The notes: generated from the letters alone by a model not told the origin. 64,000 nt of DNA from Vulcanimicrobiota bacterium (GCA_963733295.1 CAVTCS010000003.1:2304001-2368000); one strand, 5' to 3'; counted from the stretch's first letter, positions 28,653-37,886 are shown. Program-made: numbers and translations.

Positions 28653-28866
28653 GGTTCTTCCCTTCGATCTCCGAGCATTTTACCACACGGCCAGGCGTGG
28701 AAGCCCCTGCTCCAAATTCCCCGAGCGGATCAAGCCTCGGGTTCGACCCCGTCGTGCGACCATCCGGCGGGGCGGTTATGCCCCCACCCTCATCGAACTC
28801 GACCGTCTACGCCTACCTGCCGTAGAACGCAGACAGCTCGGACGGGAAACAGCACAGAGAGAAGCA

Positions 28867-29808
28867 GTGAACGAGGACGAGGTACGACCTGCCGAGGCCC
28901 CAGGCGTCGAGCTGCGCGACGAACAACGCGAGCGGCCTTCGAGAGAAGGCTCGTCCAATCTCGACGAGGCCTTTCGCTCCGGGCACGTCGGCGAGGTTCT
29001 CGCCAGACTCGATCGTGAGCTGGTCGGGCTGATCCCGGTCAAGACACGCATCCGTGAAATCGCGCACGCGCTGCTGGCGGACGCCTTGCGCGGGAAAGCC
29101 GGCCTCGTCACCGAGCGTCCCGCACTGCACATGGCGTTCACGGGATATCCCGGCACGGGAAAGACGACCGTCGCGTTGCGCATGGCCGAGATCTTCTACA
29201 GGCTCGGTTACATTCGAAAGGGTCACTTGGTCAGCGCGACGCGCGACGATCTCGTCGCGCTCTATGCCGGGTACACGGCGCCAAAGACGAAGGAAGTCCT
29301 CAAGCGTGCGGCGGGCGGCGTGCTGTTCATCGACGAGGCGTACGATCTCTACAAACCGGACGACGAGCAAAATTTCGGCGGAGAGGCGCTTGGGGTTCTC
29401 GGTGCGGTGCTCCAGAACAGTCAAGAAGACATCGCCGTGATCTTCGCGGGGTACAAAGATCGGATGGACGCGTTCCTCCACAGCAACCCGGCTTTCGCTT
29501 CGCGCGTCGCGTATCACGTCGACTTCCCGAGCTATTCGACCGACGAGCTGATCGCAATCGCATACACGATGCTCGAACGCCTGAACTACGAGTTCACGCC
29601 GGCAGCCGACCAAGCGTTTCGCGAATACATCGCGTTGCGTTTGCAGCAGCCGCAATTCGCCAACGCACGGAGCGTGCGCAACGCGATCGATCGCGCTCGC
29701 CTACGTCAGGCGACGCGCCTGCTCGAGGCGGGCGGAAACATCGGCCCGCGTACCTTGCGCATCATCGACGAAGCCGACGTCCGAAGTTCGCGGGCATTTC
29801 AGCGATAG
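28867..29808 (+). CDS. cbbX: CbbX-like AAA+ ATPase (red-type Rubisco activase family), divergent
   Basis: LDRELVGL-PVK-RIREIA, HMAFTGYPGTGKTTVA, TRDDLV, TAPKTKEVLKRA, GGVLFIDEAY, FANARSVRNAIDRARLRQA. Confidence 0.88.
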   Translation: MNEDEVRPAEAPGVELRDEQRERPSREGSSNLDEAFRSGHVGEVLARLDRELVGLIPVKTRIREIAHALLADALRGKAGLVTERPALHMAFTGYPGTGKTTVALRMAEIFYRLGYIRKGHLVSATRDDLVALYAGYTAPKTKEVLKRAAGGVLFIDEAYDLYKPDDEQNFGGEALGVLGAVLQNSQEDIAVIFAGYKDRMDAFLHSNPAFASRVAYHVDFPSYSTDELIAIAYTMLERLNYEFTPAADQAFREYIALRLQQPQFANARSVRNAIDRARLRQATRLLEAGGNIGPRTLRIIDEADVRSSRAFQR

Positions 29809-29812
29809 TGTG

Positions 29813-30787
29813 CTATCCGATTCGCGCGGTGCGCGAGCGCTGTTCCTCGGCCCGGACTTCGGCGGCTAAAGCGGCCGGACGTTCGCGATACTTCGCCCAG
29901 AGTTGCGGCAAGTGCGCGATGTCGGCGAGAACGCGCGCGAAGACGGCGTTGACCGGCGTCGCCACACCGTGCGTCCGGCCGTGCGCCGCCACCGCTCCGT
30001 TCAGCACTTCGACTTCGGTTTCGCCTTTCGCGGCGCGCAGGTCGAGCAAGAGCGACGGCGGCTTGCTGCCACGCGCCCCTGCGATGCGGTTAGCGAGAAT
30101 CGCGCGCGCGACCGGAGAGGGAAGCGAAACGACGCTCTGCAGCGCGCGCACGGGATAGCGCGGCAGATCGATCGGCGTCACGCCCAGCGCCTGCATCACC
30201 GCCCGGCACTCGCGAATGGCGCGGATCTCGAGGGCGAAGACCTCCTCGAACTTTATCAGGCGTTCGGGTACGACGTTGAGGATGGCGCAAGACGCGTTCG
30301 CGACGACGTTTAGCGCGAGCTTCGACCACTTCAACGCTCGATAGTCCGAACTGACCTTGACCGGTATGTTCGTCTGCTCGAAGGCGGCAACGAGCCAATT
30401 GTGCGCGTTCGATCCGAGCGGGGCGAGCGCGATCCCGCCGGAGTTCGAGGCGGCGCTCCCGCCGTCGCGCGTCCGCTCGACCGGCACGGTCAGAGCGCCG
30501 GCGACGATCTGATCGGCTCCGAAGGCCGCGGCCAGCTTCTCCTCGTTACCGACTCCGTTTTGCGGCGAAAGAATCGTCGCCTTGGTTTGCGAGCCCAGCG
30601 CTCGCTGTAAGGTCGCGATGGCGGAATCGGTATCGTAGGATTTCACCGCGACGATCGCCAGGTCGGCATCGAGCGGGGTGACGTCGTTCAAATTGCGCGG
30701 CGCGTAGACTACCTCGGTGGAATCGCTGCGGAGCGCATCGCCCAGGAACGTTCCGACCGCGCCCTGCCCGACAATGTAGATCTTCAT
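29813..30787 (-). CDS. panE: ketopantoate reductase family protein
   Basis: IVGQGAVG, VAVKSYD, QNG, WSKLALN, PSLLLDL, TEVEVLNGAV. Confidence 0.85.
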   Translation of the reverse strand: MKIYIVGQGAVGTFLGDALRSDSTEVVYAPRNLNDVTPLDADLAIVAVKSYDTDSAIATLQRALGSQTKATILSPQNGVGNEEKLAAAFGADQIVAGALTVPVERTRDGGSAASNSGGIALAPLGSNAHNWLVAAFEQTNIPVKVSSDYRALKWSKLALNVVANASCAILNVVPERLIKFEEVFALEIRAIRECRAVMQALGVTPIDLPRYPVRALQSVVSLPSPVARAILANRIAGARGSKPPSLLLDLRAAKGETEVEVLNGAVAAHGRTHGVATPVNAVFARVLADIAHLPQLWAKYRERPAALAAEVRAEEQRSRTARIG

Positions 30788-31272
30788 GCGCCGCTGCCCG
30801 TCGAACCGAACCCGCCCACTCCGCGCGCGGTATTCTTCGAGAACTCCTGGACGACGCGCAAGCGCGGCCGTAAGATCGGGACGAACAACATTTGCGCGAT
30901 CCGTTCGCCCGGTTCGATGACGATCGATTCGGACCCGGCGGCGCAACGGTTCCAAAGGCTGATCATCACCGGTCCGAGGTAATCCGCGTCGACGACTCCG
31001 ACCAGGTTGCCGAGCACCAAGCCTTTGCGGTGACCGAGTCCCGAGCGCGGCACGACGATCGCGGCTATGCCCGGGTCACCGATGTGCAGCGCGATGCCCG
31101 AAGGTACGAGCTGTGCGGGCGACTGCGGCTCCAGGACGAGCGGCGCATCGATACACGCGAACAAGTCGAGCGCCGCCGCCATATCGCTTCGGTAGCGAGG
31201 AAGGCCCCACTCGCGGACGCGCTCGTCGAGCACTCGCACCTCGACGACGCCCGCAGCATCCGGGTCTCTCAA
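30784..31272 (-). CDS. dut: dUTP diphosphatase
   Basis: AALDL, PRSGLG, GVVDADYLG, GERIAQ, RGVGGFGSTG. Confidence 0.95.
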   Translation of the reverse strand: MRDPDAAGVVEVRVLDERVREWGLPRYRSDMAAALDLFACIDAPLVLEPQSPAQLVPSGIALHIGDPGIAAIVVPRSGLGHRKGLVLGNLVGVVDADYLGPVMISLWNRCAAGSESIVIEPGERIAQMLFVPILRPRLRVVQEFSKNTARGVGGFGSTGSGA

Positions 31273-31305
31273 ACCACGACGATCGCTGCCATGCGGTCGA
31301 TCTCC

Positions 31306-31749
31306 TTACTTCGAGAGCTCCGCAAGTTCGGCTTCGAAGCTGCCGATGTCGTCGAACGAGCGATAGACGCTCGCAAAGCGGATGTAGGCGACCTTGTCGA
31401 GGCGCTTGAGTGCCTCCATCAGCTTCTCGCCGATCATCGTCGTCGGCACCTCGTTTTCACCGCGAGAAAAAAGCTCGCGCTCGATCGAGGCGACCGTCTC
31501 TTCCATTTGGGTTTCGGAAATCGGCCGCTTCTCGCAAGCGCGCCGCAAACCGCCGACGATTTTATCGCGGTTGTATTGCTCGCGCCGCCCGTCTTTCTTG
31601 ACCACGTACAGCCGCGGAGCTTCCATCCGCTCGTACGTCGTGAAACGGTGCTTGCATCCCAGACATTCCCGCCGGCGCCTTACAACGGATTCGTCGTCGC
31701 GCGAGTCGACCACGCGCGTCTCGCTCTTCCGGCAGCTCGGACAAATCAG
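31306..31749 (-). CDS. nrdR: transcriptional repressor NrdR
   Basis: CPSC, VVDSR, RRRREC, RFTTYE, VVKKDG, ATP cone, VAYIRFASVY; probable CTG start. Confidence 0.95.
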   Translation of the reverse strand: MICPSCRKSETRVVDSRDDESVVRRRRECLGCKHRFTTYERMEAPRLYVVKKDGRREQYNRDKIVGGLRRACEKRPISETQMEETVASIERELFSRGENEVPTTMIGEKLMEALKRLDKVAYIRFASVYRSFDDIGSFEAELAELSK

Positions 31750-31775
31750 TTGCTTTGGGCCTCCACGAAGCGGCC

Positions 31776-31791
31776 CCACTAGATATGGGGC
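31776..31791. promoter_or_regulatory. putative NrdR box
   Basis: CCACTAGATATGGGGC resembles consensus acaCwAtATaTwGtgt; lies between the promoter and RBS of nrdR. Confidence 0.6.
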
Positions 31792-31799
31792 CCCTAACG

Positions 31800-31828
31800 A
31801 GTATAAGCCACAAGACCTGCCGCCGCAA
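31800..31828 (-). promoter_or_regulatory. sigma70-type promoter of nrdR-dut-panE
   Basis: TTGCGG-17 nt-TATACT on the minus strand. Confidence 0.55.
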
Positions 31829-31848
31829 ACCGGGCGGCGCCCAGACGC

Positions 31849-31995
31849 TTAGGCGGCGCCGATTTTGAACATCTTCGTCCCGCACACCGGGCACTTGCCT
31901 TCGGTAGCGGGGCGGCCGTTCTTCATCGTGATTTGTACGGCGTCTTTCATATCGCGCTTGGTCTTGCACTTGACACAATAGGCTTGAGCTGCCAT
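31849..31995 (-). CDS. DUF5679 small zinc-ribbon protein (48 aa)
   Basis: AYCVKCK...MKNGRPA..GKCPVCGTKMFKIG; GGAGG RBS. Confidence 0.88.
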   Translation of the reverse strand: MAAQAYCVKCKTKRDMKDAVQITMKNGRPATEGKCPVCGTKMFKIGAA

Positions 31996-32138
31996 GGATC
32001 CGAGCCCTCCGCGGCCGCGGTTACGCCCCGACGATAGCCGCAGGGGTTGGCGGTCACAATTCCCGCCGACCATTCTGAGGGCACGGTCCGTTTCCTCGCG
32101 CCCGGGGGACTTTCGGCCCGGCGACGCCGCGTGAAGGG

Positions 32139-33020
32139 ATGACGATGGAACTCGCCGAGCCCCGCTTCGTGCCGTGCTCCGAGGTCTTTTCGACCCGTCC
32201 GGACCGGATCGAGCGGGTCCGGTGCGTGGGTTTGTGGCTGGCCGGCTCGCTCGCAGGGCTGCAGAGGCCGGCGGTCGCCGTCATCGGGACGCGGGCGCCC
32301 TCTGAGGCGGCCCGGCAGCGCTCCCGGGCTCTGGGGCTGGCGCTGGGGGCCGCCGGCCTGTGTGTGGTCTCGGGATTGGCCCTAGGCATCGACGGCGCTG
32401 CCCACGCCGGCGCCGTCGAGGCGCCCGCCCCGACCGTCGGCGTCCTCGGCGGCGGCCATCGGCACTTCTTCCCCCGCCGGAACTTGGCGCTGGCCAGGTC
32501 GATGCTCGAAAGCGGCGGCGGCGTGGTCTCGCCTTTCGCTCCGGACGAACCGGCCCGGCCTTGGCAGTTTTTGCAGCGCAACGGCATAGTCGCCGCACTC
32601 GCCGACGCCGTCGTGATCGTAGAGGCCGCCGAACGGAGCGGCGCCCTGAACACCGCGAGTTGGGCGGCAGGTTTGGGGATCGACGTTCTGGCTTTTCCCG
32701 GCGACGTCGAGCGTCCCAAAGCGGCGGGGTGCAACGCATTGATTCGCGACGGCGCTACGCTCGTCCGAAGCGCCGCCGACGTGCTCGAGGCAATGGGTAT
32801 CGCTCGTCCGGCGCGCGACCTCTCCGCGCGTGCCGCAACGCAGCCGCCAGTCGATCGGTTGAGCGCGAAGCTTCTCGCACTTTTGGCGAACGGACCCCAA
32901 GATCTCGACGAACTCGTCGCGCGAAGCGAAGCCCAACCGGGCGAGATCCTCGCCGCGCTCATCGCGCTCGAGATCGCGGGCAGCGTCAGCAGTGAGGGTC
33001 CAGCCTTCAGACTAGCGTGA
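32139..33020 (+). CDS. dprA: DNA processing protein DprA
   Basis: VAVIGTR, VVSGLALGID, FLQRNGIVA, VIVEAAERSGALNTA, GCNALIRDGA; C-terminal winged helix. Confidence 0.93.
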   Translation: MTMELAEPRFVPCSEVFSTRPDRIERVRCVGLWLAGSLAGLQRPAVAVIGTRAPSEAARQRSRALGLALGAAGLCVVSGLALGIDGAAHAGAVEAPAPTVGVLGGGHRHFFPRRNLALARSMLESGGGVVSPFAPDEPARPWQFLQRNGIVAALADAVVIVEAAERSGALNTASWAAGLGIDVLAFPGDVERPKAAGCNALIRDGATLVRSAADVLEAMGIARPARDLSARAATQPPVDRLSAKLLALLANGPQDLDELVARSEAQPGEILAALIALEIAGSVSSEGPAFRLA

Positions 33021-33068
33021 CGGACTCCGCGGAGGAACATTGGTTCGCCGGGAGCTCAATCCACGAGC

Positions 33069-33530
33069 ATGAAATACCGCCTCATCGCGGTCGGAAAGAT
33101 GCGCGAGCCGTATTTGGCGCAAGCGGCGGCCGACTTTCGAACGCGACTCGGCCGCTACGAAACGTACGACGAGATCGAAGTCGCGCCGGGGCACGGAGGT
33201 GACGCCGGCCGTGCGGTGCGTGACGAGGGCGAGCGAATCCTGGCGGCGTTGCGGCCGGGCGACGTGCTTTGGCTGCTCGAACGGAGCGGCTCCGCGCTCT
33301 CGAGCGAGGAGCTTGCGGCGCGGCTGGTCCGGCTCGCCGAGACGGGCGCGTCGCGCATCGTCTTCGCGATCGCCGGACCGTACGGTGCGAGCGAGGCGCT
33401 CGCGCAACGCGCCGATTTTCGATGGTCCCTTTCGCCGCTGACGTTCTTGCACGAGTGGGCGCGGGCGATCGTGCTGGAACAGCTCTATCGTGCAGCGAAG
33501 ATCGCGCGAAATGAGCCCTACCACCATTGA
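33069..33530 (+). CDS. rlmH: 23S rRNA pseudouridine-1915 N3-methyltransferase
   Basis: IAVGK, SSEELA, IAGPYG, SLSPLTFLHE, LEQLYRA, PYHH. Confidence 0.95.
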   Translation: MKYRLIAVGKMREPYLAQAAADFRTRLGRYETYDEIEVAPGHGGDAGRAVRDEGERILAALRPGDVLWLLERSGSALSSEELAARLVRLAETGASRIVFAIAGPYGASEALAQRADFRWSLSPLTFLHEWARAIVLEQLYRAAKIARNEPYHH

Positions 33531-35202
33531 GAGCGCCGGCGGCGCGACTGAGGATCTCGACCGCATCGCCCAAGCACTCGCGCGTGCGGCGGGTGCGATC
33601 GTTCCGGGCGGGGCGCCCAGCGTCGTCTTCGAGGCGCCGCGCAACCTCGAGTTCGGCGACTTTGCCTCGAACGTTGCCCTGCAGCTCGCGAAGAGCGCGC
33701 GGCGCGCTCCGCAACAGCTTGCCGGGGAATTGATCGAGCGCGCGTTCAGCGACGAACCCGAACTGCGCCGGCTCGTCGCGCATGCGCAAGCCGCCGGCGG
33801 CTTCATCAACATCCGCATGGCGCCGGCGTATTGGCAACGGACCGTCGCGGCGATTCTTCGAGCGGGCTCCGAGTTCGGACGGAGCGCCGGCGGCGAGCGC
33901 GTTTCGCTCGAGTTCGGCAGCGCGAACCCGACCGGTCCGCTCGTTGTCGTGCAGGGCCGAACGCTCTCGATCGGTGATTCGCTCGCGCGCGCCATGCGTT
34001 TCTGCGGTTTCGACGTCACGACCGAGTGGATCATGAACGACGCGGGTTCGCAGATGGAGAGCGCCGCCCGATCGCTCTACGCTCGCTACCGTCAACTGGC
34101 CGAGGCAAGCCACCCGTTTCCCGAAGACGGTTATCCCGGCGAATACTTCGTGCCGATCGCGCAGGAGTTGCGCGCGCAGGAGGGTTCGCGCTGGGACGAT
34201 GCCGACGAGGTGGACTGGCTGCCGTACTTCGCGCGTTACGCGCGCGACGTTCTCGTCGCGCAACAGCAGGCCACCTGCGAACGTTTCGGCGTGCGCTTCG
34301 ATCGCTGGCAGAGCGAGCGCGAGATGCACGAGAGCGGCGCGATCGAGGCGCACATCACAGCTCTGCGCACCAAAGGTCTCGCGTATGAGAAGGATGGTGC
34401 GCTGTGGATGCGGGCGACCGATTTCGGCGACGACAAGGATCGCGTCGTCGTGCGCAGCGACGGACGCCCGACCTACTACGGCCAAGACGTCGCCTACCAC
34501 TACGACAAGCTCGAGCGGACGGCGCGCGCAATCCTGATTCTCGGGCCCGATCACCATGGCTACATCACGCGCCTCAAGGCGCTCGCGAGCGCCTTCGGAA
34601 AGCCGGGCGCGATCTCGGTCTTGATCGCGCAACAGATGACGGTCGTGCGCGACGGTCAGGTGGTTTCGTCAAGCAAGCGGCAGGGCGAAGTTTTGACGCT
34701 CGACGAGATTCTCGACGAAGTCGGCGTCGACGCGGCGCGCTTTTTCTTCGTGATGCCGAGCGCCGACTCGCCGGTCGCTTTCGACCTGTCTCTGGCCGTC
34801 GAGCAATCGAGCGAGAACCCGGTTTACTACGTGCAATACGGTCACGCGCGAATCGCCTCGATCGAGCGCAAAGCCCCGCCGGAACTGCTCGCGCGAGCCC
34901 TTCGGGCCGAAGGTTTGGAACGTCTCGCCGAGTCGGCCGAACTCGCCCTGGCGCGACGTCTCTCCGAATTTCCCGCGATCGTGCGCTCGGTCGTCGACGG
35001 TCTGGCACCGCACCGTCTCGCGCGCTACCTGCAGTCGGTTGCCGCAGACTTCCACCAATTCTACATGAGCTGCACCGTCTTGGGCGACGATGCCCAGCTC
35101 AGCGTGGCGCGCCTCGGGCTTTCGCACGCGACCAAGACCGTGCTCGCCAGCGGCCTCGCTCTTTTGGGCGTTAGCGCGCCCGACGCGATGGAGCGGAGCT
35201 AG
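33511..35202 (+). CDS. argS: arginine--tRNA ligase
   Basis: FGDFASN, GGFINI, SANPTGPL, NDAGSQ, GDDKDRV, GPDHHGY, NPVYYVQYGHARI, LLGVSAP. Confidence 0.95.
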   Translation: MSPTTIESAGGATEDLDRIAQALARAAGAIVPGGAPSVVFEAPRNLEFGDFASNVALQLAKSARRAPQQLAGELIERAFSDEPELRRLVAHAQAAGGFINIRMAPAYWQRTVAAILRAGSEFGRSAGGERVSLEFGSANPTGPLVVVQGRTLSIGDSLARAMRFCGFDVTTEWIMNDAGSQMESAARSLYARYRQLAEASHPFPEDGYPGEYFVPIAQELRAQEGSRWDDADEVDWLPYFARYARDVLVAQQQATCERFGVRFDRWQSEREMHESGAIEAHITALRTKGLAYEKDGALWMRATDFGDDKDRVVVRSDGRPTYYGQDVAYHYDKLERTARAILILGPDHHGYITRLKALASAFGKPGAISVLIAQQMTVVRDGQVVSSSKRQGEVLTLDEILDEVGVDAARFFFVMPSADSPVAFDLSLAVEQSSENPVYYVQYGHARIASIERKAPPELLARALRAEGLERLAESAELALARRLSEFPAIVRSVVDGLAPHRLARYLQSVAADFHQFYMSCTVLGDDAQLSVARLGLSHATKTVLASGLALLGVSAPDAMERS

Positions 35203-36292
35203 CCGGCAGCACCGGCAGATCGGCGTCGTCGCCGAGCGCGGGAGCCGAACGGAAGAAGCGCCAGGCGACGCGGATGAGCGCGGCGGCGGGAATGCCGAGC
35301 AGCAGTCCCGGCACGCCGAAGAGCTCGCCGCCCGCGAACGTGGCGAAGATCACCGCGATCGGCGAGACGCCGACGCTTTGCGCCATGATGCGCGGCACGA
35401 AGATGTTGTCGGCGACCCGGAACACCGTGAAGATCAGGGCCTGAACCCAGACGATCGTTTCGGTTCCCTGCGGAAGCGATAAGACCAGAGCCAGCGCGTG
35501 GCTCAAGATCTGTCCGGCGAACGGCACGGCGTACGACACGCCTGCGAAGATTCCGACCAGTAACGCGAATTTAAACCCGACGAGTGCCGTCGAGGCCCAC
35601 ACGAAAACTCCGGTGACGAAGCATACGATGGTTTGTCCCGAGACGTAGCTCGACAAGACGTGGCCCAGCTCGTTGCCCAGCGCGCGCGCGCGCGAGCGGC
35701 GCCGCTCCGGCAAAAGATTGTAAAACGCGTCTCCGACATGCTCGCCCTGAAAGAGAAAGAAGGCCGACAACACGAGCGCAGCGATCGTGATGAGGGCAGC
35801 CGAGGCGAGATTGACCAAGATGTCGGTGATCGAACCTAAACCGGCGTTCACGATCTCCGAGGTTTTCGCGCTCACGAAGCCGCTAAGGTCGCCGCCCGAG
35901 TCCTGGGGCAGGTACGAGCGCCCGAAATGATCGTGCAACCACAACTCCGCTTGGTTGAACGAGCCCTGTACGACCGCGATGTACTGCGGCGCGTCGAGCG
36001 CAATCGCTTTGATCTGAAGGACGGTCGCGGGGAGCACCAGCAGCAGCAGCGCGGCGACGATCACCAGCAGCCCGACGTAGATGACGCCGATCGCGACGGG
36101 ACGGGGCATCCAGCGCTCGAGCCGAACGACGATCGGAAAGACGCCGAATGCGATGAAGGCGGCAATGACGAACGCGGTCACCGTGCGCGGGATGTGCGTC
36201 GCGCACCAGTAGATCGTCAAGCAAATCGCAGCGACGCCGAGCAACCAATACGCGCGGCGCCGCCAAAGCGGCGAGGTCAGAGCGGCTTGCAA
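35171..36292 (-). CDS. AI-2E family transporter (PerM/YhhT)
   Basis: Multi-TM; SYVSGQ, VPFAG, DNIFVPRIM, SVGVSP, GGELFGVPGLLLGIP; start TTG 36292 or CTG 36280. Confidence 0.9.
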   Translation of the reverse strand: MQAALTSPLWRRRAYWLLGVAAICLTIYWCATHIPRTVTAFVIAAFIAFGVFPIVVRLERWMPRPVAIGVIYVGLLVIVAALLLLVLPATVLQIKAIALDAPQYIAVVQGSFNQAELWLHDHFGRSYLPQDSGGDLSGFVSAKTSEIVNAGLGSITDILVNLASAALITIAALVLSAFFLFQGEHVGDAFYNLLPERRRSRARALGNELGHVLSSYVSGQTIVCFVTGVFVWASTALVGFKFALLVGIFAGVSYAVPFAGQILSHALALVLSLPQGTETIVWVQALIFTVFRVADNIFVPRIMAQSVGVSPIAVIFATFAGGELFGVPGLLLGIPAAALIRVAWRFFRSAPALGDDADLPVLPASSAPSRRAR

Positions 36293-36747
36293 AGCAGCCG
36301 GCGTTCCGTAACGTAACCCGCTTGCGCGTACAGCTCGCGTGCCGCCGCGTTCTCTTCGGTCACCATCAGCGCGACATAACCGAGGCCCCGTGCTCGCGCA
36401 GCGTCCTCCGCCGCGGCCAGCAAGTGCGCGGCGACGCCCATTCGCCGGGCATGCGGCTCGACCGCCATGTAGACGACGAACCCTTGCGGCAGCGCGGTCA
36501 CTTCGTCCGGCAGCGAATCCAGCATCACGAGAAAGCCCAGCGGTTCCCCGCCGCTCGTCGCGATGAACGACTCGTGCGATTGTTCCAACGCGAAATCGAT
36601 CAACCGCTCGTAGCTCGCGGCGACGAGCGGCGGGGCCGCGCTCCGCAACGGCGAGACGCTGTCCGTCACCGTGCGCCGGCCGAGATCGAGGATGAAGCGC
36701 CGATCGGCGGCGCCGGTGCCGCGACGGATCGCGATCGAAGCTTTCAG
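36277..36747 (-). CDS. GNAT N-acetyltransferase
   Basis: YMAVEPHARRMGVA, LMVTEENAAARELYAQAGY; CTG start after GGGAG. Confidence 0.85.
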   Translation of the reverse strand: MKASIAIRRGTGAADRRFILDLGRRTVTDSVSPLRSAAPPLVAASYERLIDFALEQSHESFIATSGGEPLGFLVMLDSLPDEVTALPQGFVVYMAVEPHARRMGVAAHLLAAAEDAARARGLGYVALMVTEENAAARELYAQAGYVTERRLLCKPL

Positions 36748-37883
36748 GTGACGGCTCCCGCAATAGCCCCCGCAGCCACCCGCCATTCGCCGAGCAACGC
36801 TTCGAATGCCGCGATGAAGGCTCGGTTTTCCTCGGGCGTTCCGATCGAGACGCGCAAGCGTCCGGGCATGCCGAGACCGTCGCCCGAGCGTACGATCACT
36901 CCCGCTTCCAGCAGCGCCTGATAGGCGCTGTCGGCGGCAACCGGCACTTCGACGGCGATGAAGTTCGCCGCGCTGGGATACGCATGCAAGCCCAGCCGGC
37001 GGAACTCTTGGTTCAAAAACGCTTTCCCACGCTCGTTGTTCTCGATGCTGCGCGCGACGAAATCGTCGTCGTCGAGCGCGGCAAGCACCGCCACGGCTGC
37101 CGGACGCGCCACGTTGAAAGGAAGACGCACCGAATTCATCGCGGTCACGATCTCGGGCGAAGAGAAACCGTAGCCGAAGCGAACTGCGGCCAAACCGTAG
37201 ATTTTCGAAGCGGTGCGCGTGACGAGCGTGCCCGGACGGACCGCGATGAGTTCCGCCCCTTCGCTTCCGCCACGATCCATGAACTCGCGATACGCTTGGT
37301 CCACGACGAGCAGGACGTGCTCCGGCAGCGCCTGCGCGAAGCGCAGCAGCGCGTCGCGCTCGACGCGGGTTCCCGTCGGATTGTTCGGGTCGCACACGAA
37401 GACCAGCTTGGTTGCCGGCGTTACCGCGGCGAGCATCGCGTCGAGGTCGTGAACGCCTTCGCGCAGCGGCACTTCGAGCGCGCGCGCCCCGAAGATCTGC
37501 GCGTCCTTACGAAAGAGCGAGAACGTCGGCTTGGCCATCACGACCTCTTCGCCCGGATCCACGAAAGCGATGAACGCGAGCTGGATCAGCTCGTTACTCC
37601 CGTGTCCCAAGACGACCGACTCCGGTCCCAGACCGTAGCGCGCACCCAGACGCGCACAAAGTGCGCGATGGTCGTCTTCGACGTAGTCGCTAAGCGCTGC
37701 GATCGAACGCAGCGCGGCCACTGCTTTCGGCGACGTACCGAGCGGATTTTCGTTCTGCGAGAGTTTGACCGGGCGCACGATTCCGAAGTGGCGCACGACT
37801 TCAGCGACGGAAGTGCCCGGCTTGTACGGTGCGAACCCGCGCAGCGCACGGCGCAGGAGGCTATCCAGCAAAGAGCGTGGCAT
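36744..37883 (-). CDS. hisC: histidinol-phosphate aminotransferase
   Basis: YKPG, KLSQNENPLG, GHGSNELI, PNNPTG, DQAY, RTASKIYGLAAVRFGY, RVSIGTPEEN. Confidence 0.93.
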   Translation of the reverse strand: MPRSLLDSLLRRALRGFAPYKPGTSVAEVVRHFGIVRPVKLSQNENPLGTSPKAVAALRSIAALSDYVEDDHRALCARLGARYGLGPESVVLGHGSNELIQLAFIAFVDPGEEVVMAKPTFSLFRKDAQIFGARALEVPLREGVHDLDAMLAAVTPATKLVFVCDPNNPTGTRVERDALLRFAQALPEHVLLVVDQAYREFMDRGGSEGAELIAVRPGTLVTRTASKIYGLAAVRFGYGFSSPEIVTAMNSVRLPFNVARPAAVAVLAALDDDDFVARSIENNERGKAFLNQEFRRLGLHAYPSAANFIAVEVPVAADSAYQALLEAGVIVRSGDGLGMPGRLRVSIGTPEENRAFIAAFEALLGEWRVAAGAIAGAVT

Positions 37884-37886
37884 TGT

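Noticed and set aside
28737..28762. tRNA 3'-end-like GGGTTCGACCCC...ACCA upstream of cbbX
   Set aside because: The T-stem does not pair fully, spacing to CCA is two nt short and no cloverleaf forms upstream
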